Shown in pieces: positions 1 to 7,767 of a stretch of DNA of 15,189 bases (positions within the stretch are counted from its first letter, which is position 1; every line of letters starts with the position of its first letter). Source of the stretch: Bacteroidia bacterium (GTDB lineage: Bacteria > Bacteroidota > Bacteroidia > Bacteroidales > VadinHA17); the NCBI GenBank assembly GCA_026391215.1, contig JAPLDX010000080.1, forward strand, positions 1 through 15,189, read 5' to 3'. A program made the translations under genes and the position numbers. The notes below the pieces were generated by a model. It ran no database searches and had not been told where the DNA came from. It was given only the letters and a program-made list of their open reading frames with translations.

Positions 1-2798
1 GCATCGGTTGGAACATGCCAGCCCGTGGGGCAGAGTCCCCGGCTATCGGTAATAGTGTACCAGTTGTACAATGCTCCGTAGGTATTTTTATATGTCGCAG
101 CATCGTTGTTATACCAACAATAAGCCCCGGTGGTGAGTCCACTCCAGGCAGTATTGTCTGTGACATTGACTATATTATTATTATCCCGGTACTTCGTTGT
201 TTTAAGGTTCTCCCTCATCCATATCTGGGTTCCGATCATTATAGCATAATAAGCATTTCCATCAATATCAGTCAGGGTAGAATGAGCAGTTTTAAATATT
301 ACTTCAGAGCCATAACTTGTTCCGGCACTGTTAGTTGCATAAGCACGGAGATAGTAAACGGTATTAGCCGTCAGTGATGCCATTGCACTTGTGAATGTTC
401 CGGTACCTGAGCCATCAACAGTTTTTGTCGTAAGTGACACAGTAGGACCTGTCACAGTACTCCAGCAGACACCTTTTGCTGTTACTGCAGCACCTCCTGT
501 GGCAGTTACATTTCCGCCCGATGAGGCTGCGGTCAGGGTTACTCCGGTTACCTCTGCAGTAGTAACTGTGGCAACAACTGCTGCACTTGTTGCAAATATT
601 ACATTGTCGCCATAAGATGTTCCTGCAGAATTTATTGCATAGGCTCTTATATAGTAGGTCGTACTGGCAGTCAAACCTGTCAGATTGCAGTAGAATGTAC
701 CTGTTCCGGAACCGGATGTTACTTTGGTGGTTAGTGCTGTAGTTGGATTGGTGGTGGTGCTCCAGCATATTCCACGTTCCGAAACTGCTGCTCCTCCGTC
801 AGCTGTTATGCTACCTCCGCTTGTTGCTGAAACAGGAGTTATTGAAGTAACCGCTGATGTGGTTAATGTCGGAATATTTGGCGTTGTAAATGCAACATCC
901 TGTCCATATGCTGTGCCGATTGAATTGGTTGCATAAGCCCTTAAGTGATATGAAGTACCTATTGTCAATCCGGTTATTGAGCTGGTAAACTCTCCCGAAC
1001 CGGTTCCATCCTCTGTCCTGGAATTTGCTGTTGTCGGGTTAAGTGTTGCTCCCCAGCAGACACCCCTGATTGAGACTGGTGCACCGCCATCTGAGTAAAT
1101 ATTACCGCCACTGGTAGCTGAAGTTCCAATATTATCAGTGACTGCAGTGGTAGTAATTGTTGCAATAACAGCCGGTTCGGTAGTCAGGGTAAGATCTGCA
1201 CCGTATCCTGTACCTGCCGAGTTGGTCGCATATGCTCTTACATGATATGTGGTAACTCCCAGCAATCCGCTAATGGTGCTTGTGAATACACCTGATCCGC
1301 TTCCGTCACTTGTTTTAGTGGTTAATGAAACAGTGGGGTTGGCAGTAGTGCTCCAGCATACTCCCCTTTCTGTTACTGCTGCTCCGCCGTTGGTTGTAAT
1401 ATTACCACCGGAAGCAGCAGATGTTGAAGTTATTGATGTCAGGGCAGTTGTCGTAACCGAAGGAACGGATACAGTTGCTTTTGTAAGCACGGAAATATCT
1501 GCTCCATAGGAAGTACCTACGGAATTGGTGGCATATGCTCTGATGTGATATGTTGTGTTCGCTACGAGACCGGTTATACTGCTGGTAAATACTCCGGTTC
1601 CTGAACCATCGTATGTTCTGGTGTTTGAAATGGTCGGATTAGAAGTTGTGCTCCAGCAAATGCCTCTTGTCGTCACATCAGCTCCTCCGTCAGATAATAC
1701 ATTCCCTCCTGAGTTCAGGGAATTCAATGTGAGATCAGTTACGGCAGTTGTCGTAACTGTGGGAGCAATGGCTGTTGTACCTGTAATAAATGTCAGATCA
1801 GAACCGTAGGTTGTTCCTGCTGAGTTTGTAGCATATGCTCTGATATGGTAAGTTGTGCCGGCAGTCAATCCTGTAATGTTGCTTGTAAATTTTCCTGATC
1901 CTGTTCCGTCACTTGTTTTTGTTGCCAGTGCAGTGGTAGGATTGGCAGCAATGCTCCAGCATACGCCTTTTGCTGTAACATCAGCTCCTCCGTCAAAAGT
2001 AATATCTCCGCCGCTGACAGCTGTTGTCATCGCTATACCAGTGGCTGCTGTTGTCGTCACCGTTGGGGCCTGTGCAACAGTCAGTGTGGTAAAAGTGAGA
2101 TCTGAACCATAGGATGTCCCGATGGAGTTTGTTGCATAGGCTCTGACATGATAGGTACCACCTGCTGTAAGTCCTGTAATGTTACTTGTGAATATTCCTA
2201 TACCAAGACTGTCGGTAGTTTTAGTTGCCAGAGCTACCGTAGGATTTGTTGTTGTGCTCCAGCAGACGCCACGTGCGGTAACTTCTGATCCGCCATCGGA
2301 TGTCACATTGCCGCCGCTGACTGCTTTCGTAAGGCCTATGGAAGAAGCTGCTGTTGTGGTGATTACAGGAGAAGTAATCTGCATAAGGGTAGAAAAAGTT
2401 ACAACATTCCCGTATGCAGTCCCCGATGAATTGGTTGCATAAGCCCGGGCATAAAAATATGTACTTGAAGTAAGTCCTGTCAGGTTGCTGATAAATGTTC
2501 CTGTCCCTGTTCCGTCGGAAGTTTTTGTCGTAAGTGTTACAACAGGATTGGTGGATGTGTTCCAGACAGTCCCCCTTGCAGTGATTGGTGCTCCGCCATC
2601 AGCAGTTATCTTCCCTCCCAGGAGGGCAGAACTGGAAGTAATGGAAGATGCAGCCGTGGTTGTCAGTGTTGGCAGGGATGCTTTAAAATTTTTACTTTTA
2701 GGATCGTGGGTATTTGTCCTTTCCAGGTCATAAGGGTCACATGAAAACACAATGAATAGTAATAATAAGAGGATTGTCGCAATTTTATATTTATTCAT
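1..2798 (-). CDS. Lipoprotein with 8 tandem FN3-like repeats and a C-terminal FISUMP (Fibrobacter succinogenes major paralogous) domain; 3' end runs off the window
   Basis: Not in the ORF track; translated by hand from ATG 2798. Begins MNKYKIATILLLLLFIVFSC-DPYDLERTNTHDPKS (lipobox FSC). Then repeats like PTVTTTAxTxIxxTxAxSGGNITSDGGAxVTARGVCWSTxxNPT..KTSDGTGTGxFTSxITGLTxGTTYHxRAYATNSxGTxYG. From ~278 down: TLTDIDGNAYYAIMIGTQIWMRENLKTTKYRD...GAYCWYNND...YGALYNWY..DSRGLCPTGWHVPTD, a typical FISUMP signature. Both ends and all repeat Trp codons share one frame (932 codons to the edge); no stop seen in the segments translated. Confidence 0.93.
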   Translation of the reverse strand, partial: MNKYKIATILLLLLFIVFSCDPYDLERTNTHDPKSKNFKASLPTLTTTAASSITSSSALLGGKITADGGAPITARGTVWNTSTNPVVTLTTKTSDGTGTGTFISNLTGLTSSTYFYARAYATNSSGTAYGNVVTFSTLMQITSPVITTTAASSIGLTKAVSGGNVTSDGGSEVTARGVCWSTTTNPTVALATKTTDSLGIGIFTSNITGLTAGGTYHVRAYATNSIGTSYGSDLTFTTLTVAQAPTVTTTAATGIAMTTAVSGGDITFDGGADVTAKGVCWSIAANPTTALATKTSDGTGSGKFTSNITGLTAGTTYHIRAYATNSAGTTYGSDLTFITGTTAIAPTVTTTAVTDLTLNSLNSGGNVLSDGGADVTTRGICWSTTSNPTISNTRTYDGSGTGVFTSSITGLVANTTYHIRAYATNSVGTSYGADISVLTKATVSVPSVTTTALTSITSTSAASGGNITTNGGAAVTERGVCWSTTANPTVSLTTKTSDGSGSGVFTSTISGLLGVTTYHVRAYATNSAGTGYGADLTLTTEPAVIATITTTAVTDNIGTSATSGGNIYSDGGAPVSIRGVCWGATLNPTTANSRTEDGTGSGEFTSSITGLTIGTSYHLRAYATNSIGTAYGQDVAFTTPNIPTLTTSAVTSITPVSATSGGSITADGGAAVSERGICWSTTTNPTTALTTKVTSGSGTGTFYCNLTGLTASTTYYIRAYAINSAGTSYGDNVIFATSAAVVATVTTAEVTGVTLTAASSGGNVTATGGAAVTAKGVCWSTVTGPTVSLTTKTVDGSGTGTFTSAMASLTANTVYYLRAYATNSAGTSYGSEVIFKTAHSTLTDIDGNAYYAIMIGTQIWMRENLKTTKYRDNNNIVNVTDNTAWSGLTTGAYCWYNNDAATYKNTYGALYNWYTITDSRGLCPTGWHVPTD
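288..2672 (-). repeat. Eight diverged intragenic tandem repeats of ~300 bp (FN3-like domains)
   Basis: The conserved Trp codon (cca on +) lies at 462, 762, 1053, 1353, 1653, 1956, 2259 and 2562. Spacings are 300, 291, 300, 300, 303, 303 and 303 bp, all multiples of 3. Confidence 0.92.
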
Positions 2799-2849
2799 GG
2801 GAGCGGAGCTTGTTAATTTTACTTATTTGCTATACTGGAACTTATATTG

Positions 2850-3638
2850 TCAGAATGTAACCGAGTAGCCGACCTGGAATCCATTGTTGGCATGCTTCAG
2901 GGTAAATCCATCGCCGGTATACGCATTATAGGCATTCTTTGCTACTTTCTTGTTGTGAAAACCTTTAATAGTGACATAGATGAAATCAAGCGCCCAGATC
3001 CCGGCAGCTGCCCGGGTTGCCATGTAATATTTATGGTTGGCATCATTGGCCTGTGTATATAATCCGTCCATCTCGGATGGAGTGGTACTTTCATTATAAT
3101 CATTATAGAATTTGTCTGCCTGCATTCTTTCAACAACTCCATAAGCTACAAGTCCCAGTGTGCTAAGCGTAGATAATACCGCACGCCCTTTTTTCTGATC
3201 AACATAATATCCTCCAAGTCCTGGAATTAATATGTTAAGAAATGCATTTCCCGGACCGCTGAACAATATTTTTGATGAAGTTATAGCGACAATAGCTTTC
3301 CAGTTTCCGGTAGTATTTACGAGATCAGAAACAAAGTCCCATACAATTGCTTTCTGACCATCTTCATATACCTTTTTCCCGATATCATTTATCACGCTTT
3401 TCGGAACGATCTTCTCGTTATTTTCATTTATGAACTGTAGTTCAATGGTCATCTCTTCTCTTGGAAGAGTTCCCGTTAAATTATAGTTGACAATGATATA
3501 CCTGTTGCCTTCAAGGCGGAAATCAACGTTAGTGATCTTTGCCTTGGTCTGACTCAAGGCAGGCTGTGTGATTATACCAATGAAAAGGATGAGAATTAAA
3601 TAAAATCTCTTTTTCCGGGTAAGCGTGAGAATATCCAT
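2850..3638 (-). CDS. Exported/membrane protein: signal peptide, N-terminal beta-rich domain, DUF5683-like hydrophobic C-terminal region
   Basis: 262 aa. Signal peptide ends ALS|Q. Beta-rich segment AKITNVDFRLEGNRYIIVNYNL. Then GPGNAFLNILIPGLGGYY..KKGRAVL (SxxxPGxGQxY-like motif), two hydrophobic helices around a polar helical insert, and an alternating C-terminal strand GFQVGYSVTF. Family call is from memory of the motif. Confidence 0.75.
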   Translation of the reverse strand: MDILTLTRKKRFYLILILFIGIITQPALSQTKAKITNVDFRLEGNRYIIVNYNLTGTLPREEMTIELQFINENNEKIVPKSVINDIGKKVYEDGQKAIVWDFVSDLVNTTGNWKAIVAITSSKILFSGPGNAFLNILIPGLGGYYVDQKKGRAVLSTLSTLGLVAYGVVERMQADKFYNDYNESTTPSEMDGLYTQANDANHKYYMATRAAAGIWALDFIYVTIKGFHNKKVAKNAYNAYTGDGFTLKHANNGFQVGYSVTF

Positions 3639-3649
3639 TTAATTAAAAG

Positions 3650-5152
3650 TTATTTAATTGTAAAAAAGAAATTGCCCTTCAGGGAGGTTGATTCCCAGGG
3701 TGTCTGCGTCTTGTTGGATTTCTTTTCAACTTCGACACGTACATTCTGGAAGAACTCCAACAGGGATAAGTTGGGAACTTTGATGAATTGCAATAAAGCT
3801 TCAGTATAAACGCCGTTTTTACCGGTTCCATCTGAAGCGGTTTTCCCGGGTGATGTGGCATATGCTATTATTGAACCGGAAGGTGCATCCATAAATGCCA
3901 GCCCTTTACCTGCAGACCCTGCGCTTCTGCTCCAGGAACGTGAAAAAGGATTATCACGGCATGCATCAAGAATAACAATGTTAGTTACAGTGCCTGCTGC
4001 TTCCATCTTTCCCAGCAACTGGCCTGAATTTACACAATCATATTCAACATCCTGCTCAACCTTCAGGACGGCATCTATGGGAATCAGGTAATTATTACCA
4101 TTTACCTGCATTCCATGTCCGGCATAATAGAATAACCCTACTGTGTAATCCTGTAGTTTCTCACCAAAATCATTAATAGCTTTTTTCATGGATTTCTGGT
4201 CAGAATTAAGATACATCATTACAGTAAAACCGACGTCTCTTAATGCCACTGCAATTGCTTTCGCATCGTTTACAGGATTTGCCAGAGTATTCCCTCCTGC
4301 ATAGTTAGCATTCCCGATGATAAGTGCGAGCCTTTTCTCAACATAATTTGCATCTAATTTCTGGACGAAATAATTAATAGTTCTGACTTCTGATGTTGTA
4401 ACACCCTGAGCATTAGTTGCTACGATTTTAATAATATTATCTCCCTCATTAAGAAATATACTTCTGTTTATTTTGTATTCATTCGCATTATCACCTGTGA
4501 GAACCTCAAAAGATCTATTATCATTTGGTACCTCCCCGTTCACATATACTTTTATATCTGTTATCCTTGATTTTGATTTTACCATTCCTGAAATATCTGC
4601 AGCTCCGAATTGAGCAACCTCGGTTTCTGAACTTGGTGAAATCCATCTGAATACAGGAGGATTAAGGATCTCCTTAGTTGGTATTTCAAGCTGTGCAATT
4701 TTAGAGCTGTCACTTCTGGTATCTTTGATAGAAATTTCAAACTTTGCAAGTCCATCCAGAAGTTTTTCATCGGCGGCCAGGTTAACGCTGATTAATACCG
4801 AATCTCCGAAGTTAAGACCTTTTATATTCTGGATATTGCCATATGTTAAACCCAGTATCGGCATCCTGTCGGCAGTTTGCAGATTTACATTCAGCTCATC
4901 GAGGGGAATGGTTCCTGTATTCTTGACATAGAAGCTTATTGTCCCATTTTCCTTGCCGTCAAGTTCACGGTTTTGATTTGCATCGATAAAGGTAAGGTTG
5001 CTTAGTTCAAATGAAGTAAATAACGCAGCGACCTTACTCTCAGTGGGATTTAAGATCATCATCTTGAATTTGCTTTCACCTGTCTGGGAAAAGGCCAGGT
5101 TACATGAAATCAAACAAATCATTGCTGTTGTAAGAAAATTCCTTGTTTTCAT
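3650..5152 (-). CDS. Caspase-family (peptidase C14) protein with signal peptide and Ig-like domains
   Basis: Likely start is ATG 5152 (MKTRNFLTTAMICLISCNLAFS|Q), giving 500 aa. C-terminal domain has KRLALIIGNANY, LANPVNDA, catalytic His in FYYAGHG, catalytic Cys in ILDACR, YATSPGKTASDG and QTPW. N-terminal half has DANQNRELDGKE..ISFYVKNTG and VYVNG..LNEGDNIIKIVATN (Ig-like). Confidence 0.92.
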   Translation of the reverse strand: MKTRNFLTTAMICLISCNLAFSQTGESKFKMMILNPTESKVAALFTSFELSNLTFIDANQNRELDGKENGTISFYVKNTGTIPLDELNVNLQTADRMPILGLTYGNIQNIKGLNFGDSVLISVNLAADEKLLDGLAKFEISIKDTRSDSSKIAQLEIPTKEILNPPVFRWISPSSETEVAQFGAADISGMVKSKSRITDIKVYVNGEVPNDNRSFEVLTGDNANEYKINRSIFLNEGDNIIKIVATNAQGVTTSEVRTINYFVQKLDANYVEKRLALIIGNANYAGGNTLANPVNDAKAIAVALRDVGFTVMMYLNSDQKSMKKAINDFGEKLQDYTVGLFYYAGHGMQVNGNNYLIPIDAVLKVEQDVEYDCVNSGQLLGKMEAAGTVTNIVILDACRDNPFSRSWSRSAGSAGKGLAFMDAPSGSIIAYATSPGKTASDGTGKNGVYTEALLQFIKVPNLSLLEFFQNVRVEVEKKSNKTQTPWESTSLKGNFFFTIK

Positions 5153-5481
5153 ATTTTTACAATTAGAAAAGCACAAATTGAATAAAGCGAAAGTTAACAA
5201 AAAAAATACAAAAGAAAATATCAGGTTCCGTTATAAATAAAGGACGCATTTACTTCTGAAAAGGTTGCTCAACTTGTCATGTTTCGGGATATCAATCAAT
5301 TTACCTTATATAGCAGACAACCTTAACTAAAAAAGGAATTAATGGTACAATCTGACAGGACTTTATTAAAAAACTAAAAAATCATTTCACAGAATCCCGA
5401 ATTTTAATATTTTGTCAATTAATTATTGAACGATAATAGTCACTGTCGGGTAAATTTACTGACAATAATAAAAACCGGAAT

Positions 5482-7650
5482 ATGAAAAATGTATTATTTA
5501 TCATAGTATTAGTTCTTACAGCACTTTTTGCCAAAGCCGCATTACCCGACGAGGGCATGTGGATCCCCATGCTTATTGAGAAATACAATATTAAACTGAT
5601 GCAGGAAAAAGGATTTAAGCTGACTGCTGAAGATATCTACAGCGTTAACAAAGCCTGCATGAAGGATGCAGTGGTCCAATTCGGAGGAGGCTGCACGGGG
5701 GAACTGATCTCGGCAGATGGTCTGCTTATAACCAATCATCATTGCGGGTACGGCCGTATACAGGCCCTTTCCACCCTCGAGAATGATTACCTGACCAATG
5801 GCTTCTGGGCTATGTCGCATGAAGAAGAACTGCGCTGCCCGGGATTGTTCGTGACATTTCTGAAAAGGATGGAAGATGTGACTGATAAAGTGCTCAAAGG
5901 CGTGACAGATAATATGGATGAAATTAAAAGACAGCAAACCATTGAATCGAACACGGAAGAGATCGGAAAAAATGCAATTGAAGGTACCGGATTTACCTCC
6001 AGCATCAGGCCTTTTTATATGGGCAATCAGTACTTCCTTTTAATTTATGAAACATTCACCGATATAAGGCTTGTAGGAGCACCTCCTTCTGCAATAGGGA
6101 AATTCGGAGGAGAGACTGATAACTGGGTCTGGCCAAGGCATACAGGAGATTTTTCACTCTTTCGCATATATGCAAACAAAGAAAACAAACCTGCACAATT
6201 TTCGAAGGACAACCAGCCCTATAGGCCTCTGTATTATTTTCCTATTTCTCTTAAAGGAGTTAATGAAGGTGATTTTACAATGGTATTCGGCTATCCGGGA
6301 TCAACATCTGAATATGCTCCTTCTTATTATATTGATATGGTTAAAAACTACATAAATCCGAAAAGAATTGATATCAATACAAGAAAGATAGAGATAATGG
6401 AGTCAGCAATGAATTCTGATCCCCTGATAAGATTGCAGTATTCAGCTAAGAAATCAGGGATCGCCAATGGCTGGAAAAAATGGATTGGAGAGAACCAGGG
6501 CCTTGAAAGAATGAATACTATCGGGAAGAAACAGGAATATGAGAAGAAACTTACTGAGTGGGTAAATGCAGATGAGACAAGGAAAACAAAATATGGCAAT
6601 ATACTTCCCCGGTATAAAGAATTGTATTCCGAACTTAAGGATTACAGCCTGGTCAGCAGTTATACCGGTGATGCCTTCTTCAGTAGCGGGGCAGAAGCTG
6701 TAGGATTTGCAAGATACATAGTAGCTTTTGCGGGTTTATATGAAAGTGATCCGGGTACAGAGAAAATGGATATCGCAAGGAATGAGCTGATCAACACAGC
6801 CAAAGGCTTCTTTAAAAATTATAATGCAGAAACTGATAAAAAGCTTTTCGAAGCAGTTATGACATTGTATGGCGAGAACCTTGATCTGAAATGGCAGGCT
6901 CCTGAATATATTAAAATCAAAAATGCATGTAAAGGGGACTTCCGGTCGTATGCCGGTAAAATCTATGAGAAAACAATATTTACTGACGAGGGTAAATTCA
7001 TCGCATTTGTAAACAGTTTCAGCAAGGGAAGCCTGGCTAAGATTCAGAAAGACCCATTTTACAGACTTGCCAAAAGTACAGGTGACTTTCTGACTGCAAA
7101 TGTAAGAGGTGAACTTGACCGTATATCTTCTGAAATACAGAGACTTAACAAGGACTACATGACCCTGCAGATGGAATTTGACAAAGAACGGGTGTATTAT
7201 CCTGATGCTAATTCCACCCTGAGGATTGCCTATGGTACAGTACAGGGTTATCTCTCAACAGATGCGATATGGTTTAAGCATTACTCCACATTGAAAGGGA
7301 TTATGGAAAAGGATAATCCTGAAATATATGATTATAATGTTCCTGACAAGCTGAAACAATTGTACAAGAACAGAGATTACGGACGGTATACACAGGACGG
7401 AGAAGTACCTGTTTGTTTTATCGCCAATAATCATACTACAGGAGGGAATTCGGGTAGTCCGGTTATAAATGCTGATGGCCATCTCATAGGGATCAATTTT
7501 GATAGGGCATGGGAGGGCGTTGCCAGCGACATGGCGTTTAATCCTGATCAGAGCCGCAACATAAGCCTTGATATAAGGTATGCGCTGTTCATTATCGATA
7601 AATACGCGGATGCTGGTTACCTCCTGAAGGAGATGACAATAATTGAATAA
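5482..7650 (+). CDS. dpp11: S46 family dipeptidyl peptidase, DPP11-type (Asp/Glu-specific)
   Basis: Signal peptide followed by DEGMWIP; GGGCTG, TNHHCG (His), WPRHTGDF (Asp), TTGGNSGSPV (Ser). The S1 motif GINFDRAWEG carries Arg as in DPP11, whereas DPP7 has FDGNWE. Confidence 0.88.
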   Translation: MKNVLFIIVLVLTALFAKAALPDEGMWIPMLIEKYNIKLMQEKGFKLTAEDIYSVNKACMKDAVVQFGGGCTGELISADGLLITNHHCGYGRIQALSTLENDYLTNGFWAMSHEEELRCPGLFVTFLKRMEDVTDKVLKGVTDNMDEIKRQQTIESNTEEIGKNAIEGTGFTSSIRPFYMGNQYFLLIYETFTDIRLVGAPPSAIGKFGGETDNWVWPRHTGDFSLFRIYANKENKPAQFSKDNQPYRPLYYFPISLKGVNEGDFTMVFGYPGSTSEYAPSYYIDMVKNYINPKRIDINTRKIEIMESAMNSDPLIRLQYSAKKSGIANGWKKWIGENQGLERMNTIGKKQEYEKKLTEWVNADETRKTKYGNILPRYKELYSELKDYSLVSSYTGDAFFSSGAEAVGFARYIVAFAGLYESDPGTEKMDIARNELINTAKGFFKNYNAETDKKLFEAVMTLYGENLDLKWQAPEYIKIKNACKGDFRSYAGKIYEKTIFTDEGKFIAFVNSFSKGSLAKIQKDPFYRLAKSTGDFLTANVRGELDRISSEIQRLNKDYMTLQMEFDKERVYYPDANSTLRIAYGTVQGYLSTDAIWFKHYSTLKGIMEKDNPEIYDYNVPDKLKQLYKNRDYGRYTQDGEVPVCFIANNHTTGGNSGSPVINADGHLIGINFDRAWEGVASDMAFNPDQSRNISLDIRYALFIIDKYADAGYLLKEMTIIE

Positions 7651-7767
7651 TCCTTAAATCTGATTACAGGGATTCATCTTTTAAACTTTTGCCTGCCAGC
7701 TTTTCATATTTATTTGATTAAGCTAATTCGGTAAAATTATTTAATTTCACAGGAAATATCAGATAAG

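Noticed and set aside
288-2672. Regular ~300-bp periodicity as a CRISPR or non-coding repeat array
   Set aside because: Units are diverged, in frame and protein-coding; there are no identical short repeats with unique spacers.
15-2733. Series of similar + strand ORFs (VVLQQ/HTP..APP..PP) that look like a tandem small-gene family
   Set aside because: They are antisense shadows of the FN3-like repeats of the - strand lipoprotein; their stops fall opposite conserved codons of the repeat.
2850-5152. Gasdermin-caspase or other known defence system
   Set aside because: The neighbour lacks recognisable gasdermin features and all three proteins have export signals; no NACHT, TIR or TPR-CHAT partner is present.
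5153-5200. ORF-track start of the caspase gene at 5200
   Set aside because: It is a non-ATG start; ATG 5152 gives a typical signal peptide and an A/T-rich leader.
5153-5481. Divergent promoters for the caspase cluster and dpp11 (TAACTTTCG on -, TAAATTTA on +)
   Set aside because: Only imperfect matches to TAnnTTTG in AT-rich DNA, so they cannot be placed with confidence.
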